Assembly (NCBI GenBank): GCA_030390025.1
Contig: CM059433.1
Location: forward strand, 29,142,001-29,206,000
Reading direction: 5' to 3'
Source of the DNA: Squalus acanthias
Lineage: Eukaryota
DNA length: 64,000 nucleotides
Made by a program: the position numbers and the translations under genes. Shown here piece after piece: positions 1 to 12,110 of this stretch (positions within the stretch are counted from its first letter, which is position 1; each line of letters starts with the position of its first letter). The notes beneath the pieces are model-generated. The model was not told the origin of the DNA. It did not search any database and saw only the letters and a program-made list of their open reading frames with translations.

Positions 1-327
1 CAGTCCAAATGCTGAAATCCAAACTTACCTGAAAGATGTGTGTGGCCCTTTAAGAAGTGCTGACAGTGACTCTGCAGGGTTGCTACACGTATGTTCTTCC
101 ATGCGTAGTTAGGAGAGGGCGTTATGGCGAGTGGTGTCGTTGTAAATTGCACGCCGATTGACGTCACAATTTGTTCATTATAATTTTAGAGGCCACGCTG
201 GCAACAGCAGTGCTATAGCCCTCACCAAAATGGCGGCCGCCATGTCCCGCGTCAGAAGCGGGCGGCCACCATTTTTTGAAGAAATCCGGCGCAAACACGC
301 GGCGTTAAGGCAGGGAATTTCTAGGCC
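1..327. mobile_element. Right end of a Harbinger-type MITE (left end outside the window)
   Basis: Ends GGAATTTCTAGGCC followed by AAT, resembling the GGCC/GGGG-type TIRs of other elements here. CpG-rich, with an internal inverted repeat (AAAATGGCGGCCGC ... GCGGCCACCATTTT). Confidence 0.5.
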
Positions 328-809
328 AATTAATAATTTGTTGCAAGGACTCTTTCCCCTGCTGCAGAAGAGTGTCTTCAAAAGAGAGTATCTGTGAAAG
401 GTGAGGCCGGGATTGGGATGGTAAGGATTTGTGCAAGAAAGCATGCTTGAACCCTCTTCACTATTTCTGTAGATGCGTGCTACTCTCTGAACTATTTAAA
501 TTTTGTTTCGCACGATATGTCAGAAAATTGGGCCTGCCTTTGAGAATTTAATATTGCATTTCCCATGGGCAACAACTGCTTTCAGATTTTCGATCCTTCT
601 ACTTGTACGAGTGAAACATGTGAGAAGAACATGCATTTAGTATAGCGCCTTACACGACTTCAGGATGTCCCAAACCCCTGTACAGGCAATGAAGGACTTT
701 TGAAGTGTAGTCACTGTTGTAAAACAGGGAAACTTAAGTGAGGATATGCTAATTGGTACGGAAGGCTTCATACCTCATTGTTAACTTTCTGTCAGAACTA
801 GTGCGATTA

Positions 810-1268
810 GTGTCAGCTGTGGCTCAGTGTGCAGCAGTCTTGCCTCTCAATCAGAAGGTTGTGGATTCACAGTCCCACTCCAGAGATTCGAGCACAAAGT
901 CCAGGCTGATACTCCAGTGCAGTACCGAGGGAGTACTGCACTGTTGGCAGTTGCCGTCTTTTGGACGAGATGTTAAACCGAGGCCCTCTCCGCCCTAAAA
1001 GATCCCATGGCACTATTTGGAAGAAGAGCAGTGGAGCTCTCCACCGGTGTCCTGGTCCAATATTTATCCCTCAACCAACATCACTAAAAAAACAGCTTAT
1101 CTGGTAATTATGACATGGCTGTTTGTGGGAGCTTGCTGTGCGCAAATTGGCTGCTTGGTTTCCTACATTACAACAGTGACTACACTTCAAAAGTGCATCA
1201 TTGGCTGTAAAGTGCTTTGGGATGTTCTGTGGAAGTGAACGGCGCTGTATAAATGCAACTCTTTCCTT
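810..1268 (+). mobile_element. tRNA-headed Deu-type SINE (SacSINE1-like) with L2-like tail, near full length
   Basis: Box A-like TGGCTCAGTG, a central core (GATCCCATGGCACTATTT, GCTGTGCGCAAATTGGCTGC) and tail GCGCTGTATAAATGCAA. Many homologous copies occur in the window. Confidence 0.8.
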
Positions 1269-3496
1269 CTCGGTTTAATCCTATCTGTCACTTTATTGTC
1301 TCTCATAACTTCTGTGAATCTTCCTGCTACCTACTGCTGCCCCTCCAACAGCAGCTCTTCCTGGTCTCTGCCAAGTCTGTCTTTGTAAATTTTGTGAATC
1401 ATCTTTTTTTTATTCCTCTTGCTTCTGGATACTACAGATGTCAGCTCGCCTCATGAGAGAGATGACCTTTTTGCACTAACTTTTCTCCCCCAGCTCAATG
1501 ATCAATTGTTCCCTCTATTGAAGCACAAGTTTATCCCCATCGAGTCTGTCAGATCCTCTGCTCTCTGGATTCCAATAAGATCTCTGGTCCTGATGATATC
1601 CCTCCCATCATCTTCAAGTTGTGTACCTCTGAATTTACCTGTGTCCTATGCAGTGCTTGCAAGCTTATTTGCTTCCAGTCTACCAGACCTTTGCTTGGAT
1701 ATTTACTCATGTTCTCTGTATCCCTAGGAAAACGTGATGATTTTTTTATTTGTTCATGAAATGTGGGCGTCGCTGGCAAGGCCAGTATTTATTGCCCATC
1801 CCTAATTGACCTTGAGGGGGTGGTGGTGAGCCGCCTTCATGAACCGCTGCAGTCCGTGTGGTGAATGTGCTCCCACAGTGCTGTTAGGGAGGGAGTTCCA
1901 GGATTTTGACCCAGCGACAATGAAGGATCAGCGATATATTTCCAAGTCAGGATGGTGTGTGACTTGGAGGGGAACTTGGAGGTGGTGGTGTTGCCATGCA
2001 CCTGCTGCCCTTGTCCTTCTAGGTGGTAGAGGTCGTGGGTTTGGGAGGTGCTGCCGAAGAAGCTTTGGTGAGTTGCTGCAGTGCATCTTGTAGATGGTAC
2101 ACACTGCAGCCACGGTACGCCGGTGGTGGAGGGAGTGAATGTTTGAGGTGGTGGAGGGAGTGAATGTTTGAGGTACCAATGAAGTGGGCTGCTTTGTCCT
2201 GGATGGTGTTCTTGAGTGGTGTTGGAGCTGCACTCATCCAGGCAAGTGGAGAGCATTCCATCACACTCCTGACTTGTGCCTTGTAGATGGTGGAAAGGCT
2301 TTGGGGTGTCAGGAGATGAGACACTCACCGCAGAATACTCAGCCTCTGACCTGCTCTTGTAGCCACAGTATTTATGTGGCTGGTTCAGTTAAGCTTCTGT
2401 TCAATGGTGACCACCAAGATGTTAATGGTGGTGGATTCGGTAATGCCATTGAATGTCAAGGGGCAGTGGTGAGACTCTCTGTTGTTGGAGATAGTCATTG
2501 CCTGGCGCTTGTGTGGCATGAATTTTACTTGCCACATATCAGCCCAAGCCTGAATGTCATCCAGGTCTTGCTGCATGTGGGCACGGACTGTTTCATTATC
2601 TGAGGAGCTGCGAATGGAACTGAACATAGTCCAATCGTTAGCGAACATCTCCACTTCTGACCTTATGATGGAGGGAAGGTCATTGATGAAGCAGCTGAAG
2701 ATGGTTGGGCCGACGACACTATCCTGAGGAACTCCTGCAGTGATGTCCTGGAGCTGTGATGATTGGCTTCCAGCAACCACAACCATCTTCCTTTGTGCTA
2801 GATATGACTCCAGCCAGTGGAGAGCTTTCCCCCAGATTCCCATTGACTTCAATTTTACTAGGGCTCCTTGATGCCACATTCGGTCAAATGCTGCCTTGAT
2901 GTCAAGGGCAGTCACTCTCACCTCACCTCTGGAATTCAGCTCTTTTGTCCATGTTTGGACCAAGGCTGTATTGAGGTCTGGAGCCGAGTGGTCTTGGCGG
3001 AACCCAAACTGGGCATCAGTGAGCAGGTTATTGATGAGTAAGTGCCGCTTGCTAGCATTGTCGATGACACCTTCCATCACTTTGCTGATGATTGAGAGTA
3101 GACTGATGGGGCGGTAATTGGGTGGATTAGATTTATCCTGCTTTTTGTGGACATGGCACACCTGGGCAATTTGCTACATTGTCGGTTAGATGCCAGTGTT
3201 GTAGCTGTACTGGAACAGCTTGGTTAGTGGTGCGGCTAGTTCTGGAGCACAAGTCTTCAACATGACAGCCGGGATGTTGTTGGGCCCATAGTTTTTGCTG
3301 TATCTAGTGTGCTCAGCCGTTTCTTGATATCACATGGAGTGAATCGGATTGGCTGAAAACTGGCTTCTGTGATGGTGGGGACCTCAGGAGGAGGCCGAGA
3401 TGGATCATCCACTCGGCACTTCTGGCTGAAGATGGTTGCGAACGCTTCAGCCTTGTCTTTTACACTCACGTACTGGGCTCTGCCACCATTGAGGAT

Positions 3497-3724
3497 AAAG
3501 GGCAGTTAGAAAGATTAACTGTAGTCGTCTGGCATTGTTCTCTGCACAGGCATTGTTCTCTGTCTATATATGCTGTGCCGATTTGTATTTCTTCACTTCA
3601 CCTGACGAAGGAGCAGCACTCCGAAAGCTTGTGATTTCAAATAAAGCTGTTGGACTATAACCTGGTGTTGTGCGACTTCTCACTTTTGTCCACCGCAGTC
3701 CAACACCGGCATCTCCGCATCATG
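3497..3724 (+). mobile_element. Penelope-like element terminal (pLTR) fragment inserted in the LINE
   Basis: Flanked by the 12-bp direct repeat ACCATTGAGGAT (3485-3496, 3725-3736). Contains a hammerhead core. Homologous to 38507-38638 and 42458-42665. Confidence 0.8.
3598..3634 (+). ncRNA. Minimal type I hammerhead ribozyme motif
   Basis: UCAC-CUGACGA-A-GGAG(cagca)CUCC-GAA-AGCU-U-GUGA: core boxes, stem II, palindromic AGCU in place of stem III, and stem I UCAC/GUGA. Confidence 0.75.
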
Positions 3725-5798
3725 ACCATTGAGGATGAGGATGTTCAGGGAGCTCCTCCTCCCATTAGTCGTTGAATTGTCCATCACCATTCACGATTGG
3801 ATGTGGCAGGACTGCAGAGGTTTGGTCTGATCTGTTGGTTGTGGGATCGCCTAGCTCTGTTAATAGCATGCTGTTTCCGCTGTTTCGCATATATGTAGTC
3901 CTGTGTTGTAGCTTCACCAGTTTGGCACCTTATTTTCAGGTATGCCTGGTGCTGCTCCCGGTGTGCTCTTCTACACTCCTCATTGCACCAGGGTTGGTCC
4001 CTGGCTTGATGGTAATGGTAGAGTGAGGGATATGCTGGGCCATGAGGTTACAGATTGTGGTGGAATACAATTCTGCTGCTGATGATGGCCCACAGCGCCT
4101 CGTGGATGCCCAGTTTTGAGATGCTAGATCTGTTCTGAACCTATCCCATTTAGCACAGTGGTAGTGCCACACAACACGCTGGAGGGTGTCCTCAGTGTGA
4201 AGACGGGACTTCGTCTCCACAAGGACTGTGCGGTGGTCACTGCTACCAATACTGTCATGGACAGATGCATCTGCGATAGGTAGATTGGTGAGGATGAGAT
4301 CAAGTAGATTTTTCCCTCATGTTGGTTCTCTCGCCACCTGCCGCAGGCCCAGTCTGGCAGCTATGTCCTTCAGGAATCGGCCAGCTCGGTCACTAATGGT
4401 GCTACCGAGCCACTCTTGGTGATGAACATTGAAGTCCCCCACCCAGAGTACGTTCTGTGCCCTTGTTACCCTCAGTGCTTCTTCCAAGTTGTGTTCAACA
4501 TGGAGGAGTAGTGATTCATTAGCTGATGGAGGGAGGTGTGTGGTAATCAGCAGGAGGTTTCCTTGCCCATGTTTGACCTGATGCTATGAGACTTCATGAG
4601 GTCCTGAGTCAATGTTGAGAACTCCCAGAGCCACCTCCTCCTGACTGTATACCACTGTGCCGCCACCTCTGGTGGGTCTGTCCTTTCTGCTGGGACAGGA
4701 CGTACTCAGGGATGATGATGAAGGATTCTGGGACGTTGGCTGAAAGGCATGATTCTGTGAGTATGACTATGTCAGGCTGTTGCTTGACTAGTCTGTGGGA
4801 CAGCTCTCCCAATTTTGGCACAAGTCCCCAGATGTTAGAGAGGAGGATTTTGCAGGGTTGGCTGGGCTGGGTTTGCCTTTGTCGTGTCCGGTACCTAGGT
4901 TGATGCCGGGTGGTACATCCGGTTTTATTCTTAGTGTACTTCTTTGTAGCGGTTTGGTACAACTGAGTGGCTTTGCTAGGCCATTTCAGAGGGCAGTTAA
5001 GGGTCAACCACATTGTTATGGGTCTGGAGTCACATATAGACCAGACCAGGTAAGGATGGCAGATTTCCTGCCCTAGAGGGCATTAGTGATCCAGATGGGT
5101 TTTTACGACAATCCGGTAGTTTCATGATCACCATTACTGATACCAGCTTTTTTATATTCCAGATTTATTTAATTAACTGAATTTAAATTCCCCAGCTGCC
5201 GTGGTGGGATTTGATCTCTTGTCTCCAGATCATTAGTCCAGGCCTCTGGATTACTAGTCCATTAACATAACGTTAAACTTTTAACTACTTCCCTATTGTC
5301 CTAACAGCAATACTTTCTAAAGTTATGGAACCAAGCCTTAACCATCAAACTATCCATCAGCTAGAAAGATCTCATCTCATCCATGATCATCAGTTTGTAA
5401 ATTGGACTAGTCCTTCCGTGGTTAATCGTGTTGTCTGTTATATACCTCTGTAACTCTGCTCTTAAAACTCTGCTGAATTATTTGTCATTGTCTTACACAT
5501 CTCCAGGGGCTTACATAGAATCATAGAATCATACAGCACAGAAGTGTCTGTGCCGACTCTTTGAAAGAGCTATCCAATTAGTCCCACTCCCCTGTTCTTT
5601 CCCCATAGCCCAGCAATTTTTTTCCTTTTCAAGTATATATCCAATTCCCCCTTCTGAAAGTTACTATTGAATCTGCTTCTATCACCCTTTCAGGCAGTGC
5701 ATTCTAGATCATAACAACTCGCTGCGTAAAGAAATTTCTCATCTCCTTCCTTGTTCTTTTGCCAATTACCTTAAATCTGTGTCCACTAGTTACTGACC

Positions 5799-8700
5799 AC
5801 TAACCTCCCCCCGGTTAACCATCACCAGAATATTAGTGCTTTTTTGATCTTGTGAAAGACAACATCATTCATGTCCGAGGCCGGGGTCCAGGAGCGAGGA
5901 CGAGGCCCAGGAGCAGGGGCAGGAGGAGCAGCGAGGTCGGGACCCAGGAACGAGGACGGGACCCAGGTGCGAGGGCGGGACCCAGGAGTGAGGACGAGCC
6001 CAGCAGCGTGGTCGAGGCCCAGGAGTGGCGCAGCATAGACCAGCAGCGGTGTCGGAGCCCAGGGAAGGTGCAGCACGGGCCAACAGCGAGGTCGGGAGGA
6101 CCTCACTGCATCCTATGAAACCCAGGCAGGGAGGTCCTGCGGGAAGGAGGGAGGAGGACAGTAGGAGTATGTTTGTGTGTGTGTGCTATGCCGATGTAGC
6201 AGAGCCTGGTCTCCAATCGTCTTGGATCCCCTTGCCATTGGACCAAGACCTTGCTCTGTTAAGCCCGTGTGGTAGCTGGTGTGCAACGGCCACCCCACGT
6301 TAAAAGAATTCACGAACAGGCATCTTCCACCCTTTAAAATGAAGTTCGGGACCTGGAACGTCTGGACCCTTATGGACAACCCCAACAGCGACAGACCGGA
6401 ACGCCGTACTGCTATCGTTGCCCGGGAGCTCAGACGTTTCGGCATAGACATCGCCGCCCTAAGCAAGACCCAGCGGGTAGGGGAAGGCCAGCTCAAGGAG
6501 CAAGGCGGTGGTTACACCTTCTTCTGGAAAGGCAAACCTGAAGAAGAGCGCCGCCTCCATGGGGTAGGCTTCGCCATAAAAAGTGAGCTAGTTGGACATC
6601 TCAGAGACTCCCCTTGTGGAATAAATGAACGACTCATGACTCTTCGGCTCACCCTAGCCCGGAACCAGTGCACTATGGTCATCAGTGCGTAAGCCCCAAC
6701 ACTGGAAGCCACAAACGAGACCAAAGAGGAATTCTACTCCAGTCTCAAACAATCCCTGTCCCGAGTCCCAACGGGCGACAAGCTGATCCTCCTTGGCGAC
6801 TTTAACGCCAGAGTTGGAAAGGACACAGACCTCTGGGGAGGTGTGATCGGCAGAGAGGGGGTGGGGAAAACCAACTCCAACAGTACCCTCCTCCTGACGA
6901 AATGCTTAGAACATGGCCTTGTCATAACCAACACCTTGTTCCGTCAGAGAGACAAGTACAAGGCTTCATGGCAACACCCTCGCTCCAAGCACTGGCATCT
7001 GCTGGACTATGTCATCGTCCGAGCGAGGGACCGCAACGACGTCCGCATCACCCGCGCCATGTCAGGAGCTGACGACTGCTGGACAGACCTCTGCCTAATT
7101 CGCTCTGTCATCTCCATCAATGTAGCGCCAAAACAGCGGCGGTAACAGAAACAATGCAGGAAAATCAACGCTGGAGCACTCAAAGACCCTGCTAAGAAAG
7201 CCCTATTCAGCCTGCGCCTCACAACCAACCTGATGACTCCCAGTGATTCAGAGACACAGAGTGTCCACAGCGCCTGGTCTGCACTCAAGGCCTCCATAAT
7301 CAGCACCTGTGAAGAGCCGCTCGGTCACTCGACCAGGAAACACCAAGACTGGTTCGATGAGAACGACCTTGAGATCCAGGAGCTAATAAGCCGCAAGCAC
7401 AATGCATTCCTGATCTGGAAACAGCAACACAACTCGAGTGCAAGAAAGCAGCTCTACAGACGCCTGAAGGTCGCGGTCCAACAAAATACTCATGACCTAA
7501 AGAGCAGATGGTGGGTGGAGAAAGCGCAGGAGATCCAGCAGTTAGCCAACAACCACGACGTGCATGGATTCTTTAGCGCAGTCAAGACCACCTACGGCCC
7601 AAGCACCCAAGGTCCTACCCCACTGTGGGCCATGAATGGAGAGGTACTCATCAAGGACAGGGAGGCAGTCAGTGCCCGCTGGAAGGAGCACTTCGAAGAT
7701 CTCCTTAACCGAGACTCTGTCTTTGACGCGAGTGTCCTAAACTCCATCCCGCAGCATGCTACCCACCACCACTTCAGCACAACCCCAGCCCGGCATGAAG
7801 TTGAAAAGGCCATCTGACAACTGAAGAACAACAAGGCCTCAGGAGCAGACGGAATCCCCGCTGAGGCAATAAAGCATGGCGGAGAAGCACTATTGGCGTG
7901 AATACATGAACTCATTTCTCTTATTTGGAAGGAGGAGAGCATGCCAGGAGATCTCAGAGATGCCGTAATCTTCAAGAAAGGTGACAAGTCCGATTGCGGT
8001 AATTACAGAGGAGTCTCCCTGCTGTCTGCCACAGGGAAAGTCATCGCACAAATCCATCTCAATCGCCTTCTCCCAGTGGCTGAAGAGCTCCTCCCAGAGT
8101 CGCAATGCGGATTCCGCCCACTAAGGGGCACAATGGACATGATCTTCACCGCGCGTCAACTACAAGAGAAATGTAGGTATCAGCACCAACCACTGTACGT
8201 GGCCTTCTTTGACCTCACAAAGGCCTTCGACACTGTCAACCATGAGGAATTATGGAGTGTCCTCCTCAAATTCGGCTGCCCTCAAAAGTTTGTCACCATC
8301 CTCCACCTGCTTCACGACGACATGCAAACCGTGATCCTGACCAACGGATCCACCACAGACCCAATTCACGTACGGACCAGGGTCAAGCAAGGCTGTGTCA
8401 TCACACCAATGCTCCTCTCGATCTTCCTTGCTGCAATGCTCATCTCACCCTCAGTAAGCTCTCCGCTGGAGTGGAGCTAATCTACAGAACAAACGGGAAA
8501 CTGTTCAACCTCCGTCACCTCCAGTCCAGATCCAAGGTCATCCCATCCTCTGTCGTCGAATTACAGTATGCAGATGACACTTGCGTCTGCGCACACTCAG
8601 AGGTCGAACTCCAAACCATCGTCAACACCTTCACCGAAGCGTACGAGAGCATGGGCCTTACACTAAACATCCGTAAGACAAAGGTCCTCTACCAACCTGC

Positions 8701-9566
8701 CCCCGCCACACAGTACTGCCCCCCGATTATCAAAATCCATGGCGAGGCCTTGGACAACTTCGACCACTTTCCATACCTCGGGAGCCTACTGTCAACAAGG
8801 GCAGACGTCGATGACAAAGTCCAACACCGCCTTCAGTGTGCCAGTGCAGCCTTCGGTCACCTGAGGAAGAGAGTGTTTGAAGACCAGGACCTCAAACCCG
8901 GCACTAAGCTCATGGTCTACAGAGCAGTAGTGATACCCGCCCTCCTGTATGCTTCAGAGACATGGACCATGTACAGCAGGCACCTCAAAACACTGGAGAG
9001 GTACCACAAAAGCTGCCTCCGCAAGATCCTGCAAATCCATTGGCAGGATAAGCGCACCAACGTCAGTGTTCTTGCTCAGGCCAACATCCCCAGCATCGAA
9101 GTTCTGACCACGCTCGATCAGCTCCGATGGACGGGCCACATCGTCCACGTGCCCGATACGAGACTCCCAAAACAAGCGCTCTACTCGGAGCTCCGACATG
9201 GCAAGAGAGCCCCAGGTGGGCAGAGGAAACGCTTCAAGGGCACCCTCAAAGCCTCCTTGAAAAAATGCAACATCCCCACCGACACCTGGGAATCCCTGGC
9301 CCAAGAACGCACAAAGTGGAGGAGAAGCATCCGGGAAGGCGCCGAACACCTCGAGTCTCTTCGCCGGGAGCAAGCGGAAGCCAAGCGCAAACAGCGGAAG
9401 GAGCGCACGTCAACCCAAGCACCCCACCCGCCCCTTCAACCACCGTCTCCCCAACCTGTGACAGAGAATGTAGGTCCCGCATTGGACTCGTCAGTCACCT
9501 GAGAACTCATTTTTAGTGTGGAAGCAAGTCATCCTCGGTTCCGAGGGACTGCCTAAGAAGAAGAAG
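5799..9566 (+). mobile_element. Full-length RTE-clade (BovB-like) LINE, inactivated
   Basis: 11-bp TSD AGTTACTGACC (5788-5798, 9567-9577) and an (AAG)n tail. The single APE-RT reading region is broken by stops and frameshifts. Confidence 0.93.
6339..9516 (+). pseudogene. RTE ORF (endonuclease, reverse transcriptase, C-terminal zinc-finger-like tail), disrupted
   Basis: Motifs MKFGTWNVWTL, LLGDFNARVG, HWHLLDYV, NYRGVSLLS, QCGFRP, DLTKAFDTV, VKQGCV, LQYADD and TCDRECRSRIGLVSHLRTH across ORFs 6279-6692, 6843-7145, 7233-7817, 7941-8480 and 8252-9502. Confidence 0.92.
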
Positions 9567-10452
9567 AGTTACTGACCTTCTGCCAGTGGAAACAGTTTCT
9601 CCCTATCCACTCTATCAAAACCCCTCAAAATTTTGAACACCTTTATTACATCTTCCCCTAACCTTCTATGCTCTGAGGAGAATAATCCCAGCTTCTCCAG
9701 TCTCTCCACTTGACTGAAGGCCCTCATCTCCTGGTGCCATTGATAGGGTTGGGACTATTGAGTCTGTCAGATTCTCTGCACTCTGGATTCTATTAAAATC
9801 CTGATGATATTTGAATAAGATACCAGCATATGGTTTCTCCTTAAAACTGTGCTGATGGCTAATTAATTTCCTTTCAAGTTCCTTTCCTCTGCTGTGGGTG
9901 ATGGCTTATTCTGACCCCTTGCCAGCAACTCAGGGAATCCCAGGGACCAGTTCTCTCTTCCATTTTGTTCTTTTCATATCAATGGTCCCCTTCACACATT
10001 ATTTAATCCTATCCTTTCTTTTCTTGATGATTTCACTATATATTCAGTGAACTTCAGATCGCACACACTCAGTGCTCACAACCTCTGGTCCTCTCACAGT
10101 GCAGTGATTGAATCACGACCTCATGATCTCCTCCATGTCCTTCAATGCATCAATGGTGATCTTGTTCCTTTTGTAATTGTAGAAAGAGACAGTTTCTTCA
10201 TCTCTCTTGCAAGTCCAACCAACAGTCTTACCTTCGATGGCTCTACCCTTAGTCTTTCTTCATCTATCGACAGTCTCCTCTTACCTCAAGTGGAACATTC
10301 ACATTTCCTATATTGTTAAACTCAGATTCCTCTTTTTGCCAAACACTCCTTATACCCTCAACAACTCTTCACTCTTGATCAAGCCTAAGTCTATCCAAAT
10401 CCTCAATAGTGTGCCCTCATTGGCAGAGGCTCTTCTGGACCTCTCAGATTCA

Positions 10453-11003
10453 TAAGAACAGGAGTAGGCCATTCAGCCCCTCGAACCTGTTCGGCCATTC
10501 AGTTAGATCATGACTGAGCTGTACCTCAACTGCATTTACCCGCCTTTGCTCCATATCCCTTGATACACTTACCTAATAAAAATCTATCAATCTCAGTCTT
10601 GGAAGTTCCAATTGACCCCCAGCATCCACAGTCTTTTGGGGCAGATTTCTCCTAGTCTTTGTGTGAAAAAGTGCTCTCTGATTTCCCTCCTAAATGGCCT
10701 AGCTCTAAGGTGCGGTGTGGTGCCCAAAACTGAATGCAGTACCCCAGATGGGATCTGGCCAAGGCTCTGTACAACTGAAGCATAATATCCTCCCCTTATT
10801 AATCCAGCCCCCTTAAGATAAAGGTCAACATTCCATCAGCCTTTTTGATTCCTTTTTGTACCTGTGCACTAGCTTTTAATGATTTGTGTGCTTGGACTCC
10901 CAAATCTCTTTGCTCCTCCACAGTTCCTAGTTTCTCACCATAGAGAAAATGCTCAGATTTATCTTTTGTAGGTCTAAAGTGGATGACCTCACACTTGCAA
11001 CAC
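10453..11003 (-). mobile_element. CR1 LINE 3' fragment with internal deletion
   Basis: ORF 10799-11005 KCEVIHF...EQRDLGVQ; CR1 3' UTR hairpin region (CAGGAGTAGGCCATTCAGCCC). Confidence 0.8.
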
Positions 11004-11222
11004 ACCTGTACAGATTACAAGAAAGGGCCTGTCATTGATAGACAACCTTTTTCTTGCCTCTAGTTTCCAATTTCAGTCTGTTTGGTGAAATCTTTCTTGT
11101 CTTTCTCTCTTTTATTGTATTTTAGTCCTCCTCTGAACTGTCCTTTATTTTTAAATTCTAAACTCCGAGTATGTGATTTTTTTCTACTCCCTACATCCCC
11201 ACTGTGACGAAATCAAGACTTA

Positions 11223-11462
11223 GGGGGAAAAATTGGGTTGGTTTGCGCCTCTCGTTAGTGCCCCCAGGGGGTGCTAACGGGGCGCAAATCCTCTAGCACC
11301 TGGGCACGGTGCCACTGACGCCTCCCGCGAAATTCAGCAGGAGGTTAGCGGCGGCAGAGGCCGGTAGTGCCCCGCGCCGCTGCGATGACGTCATCGCTGT
11401 GCGCAGCGCCCCGCTTGCTCCCCGGCTGCAAACTTCCCTTGCGCCCCCTGACCTATCGCCGC
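11223..11462 (+). mobile_element. Truncated left end of a Harbinger element related to 49305-53445
   Basis: GGGGGAAAAATTGGGTTGGTTTGCGCC...GTTAG...GCTAACGGGGCGCAAA is colinear with 49305-49400 and is preceded by TTA. No right TIR was found. Confidence 0.75.
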
Positions 11463-11484
11463 ATTTTCTTTTTGTATATATATA

Positions 11485-12110
11485 TATCATACTGATCCAG
11501 ATCAAATATCATTATTTCCCAGGATCTTTCCTGGACATCACCTCTGTGTGTAGTGTTATCACTGTCCTGGCTCGTGCAGCCACAGACTGTTCTGTGTGCT
11601 TCACCATCACTTTCACCTTTGATCGATTTGTGGCCATTTGTTGCCAGAAGCTGAAAACTAAATATTGCACCGAGAAAACGGCAGCTGTGGTTCGAGCAAC
11701 AAGCTGCATTCTGCTCTGTTTAAAAAACATTCCTTCCTATTTTATATATCAACCTAGGGAGATAATCGACAATGTGCCGTGGTTCTGTGACCTAATTCCA
11801 AGCTGTTTCACTGAGCCCGGGTGGGAAGGATTTGACTGGTTTGATACGGTTTTAACCCCATTGCTCCCATTCGCTTTAATTCTGCTGCTCAACGCTCTGA
11901 CAGTCAGACACATTTTAGTGGCCAGTCGGGTCCGTAAGGGACTGAGGGGTCAGAGCAAGGGAGAGAACTGCATCATATCCGACAGCTTCATACTGCTGTG
12001 GTTGCTATATGTTATACATTTCTTATATTATAGCATTACAGGAACAAATCCCGATTATTACAATGATTCTTTATATATCTTTCAACAAGTCAGATTTATG
12101 CTGGTGAATT
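11485..12110 (+). pseudogene. GPR139/GPR142-like class A GPCR fragment (about TM3-TM7), truncated and internally deleted
   Basis: FTFDRFVAICCQKLKTKYCTEKTA (DRF motif), KNIP, PWFC, VLTPLLPFALILLLNALTVRHILVASRVRK and SFILLW. Lacks TM1-2 and the end of TM7, and appears to lack the ICL3/TM6 junction at about 11968. Confidence 0.85.

Larger units (their letters stand above)
1740..5268 (-). mobile_element. Degenerate near-full-length LINE (APE endonuclease + RT), CR1/Jockey group, Zenon-like
   Basis: Minus-strand ORFs 4609-5013 (KILLSNIWGL...PDIVILTES) and 2385-3161 (NYRPISLLS, QFGFRQ, ALDIKAAFDRMWH, GVPQDS, FAND). A-rich tail at 1740. Several stops and frameshifts. Confidence 0.85.
5512..9742 (-). 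mobile_element. CR1 LINE 3' fragment split by the RTE insertion (pieces about 5512-5798 and 9567-9742)
   Basis: Begins with a CATAGAAT-type tail repeat. Sequence is continuous across the RTE TSD and homologous to other CR1 3' ends in the window. Confidence 0.75.
1270..10450 (+). mobile_element. Very old LINE RT remnant in three pieces (about 1270-1735, 5270-5512, 9742-10450)
   Basis: Manual translation gives PDDIPPIIFKLC (about 1590), NYFPIVLTAILSKVME...LIHDHQF (about 5283-5400), and NSGIP and FLDD-like motifs (9925-10035), in normal RT order. Confidence 0.55.

Noticed and set aside
6170..6330. HDV-like ribozyme in the RTE 5' UTR
   Set aside because: Known in some RTEs, but I could not build the nested double pseudoknot by eye; this needs a descriptor search.
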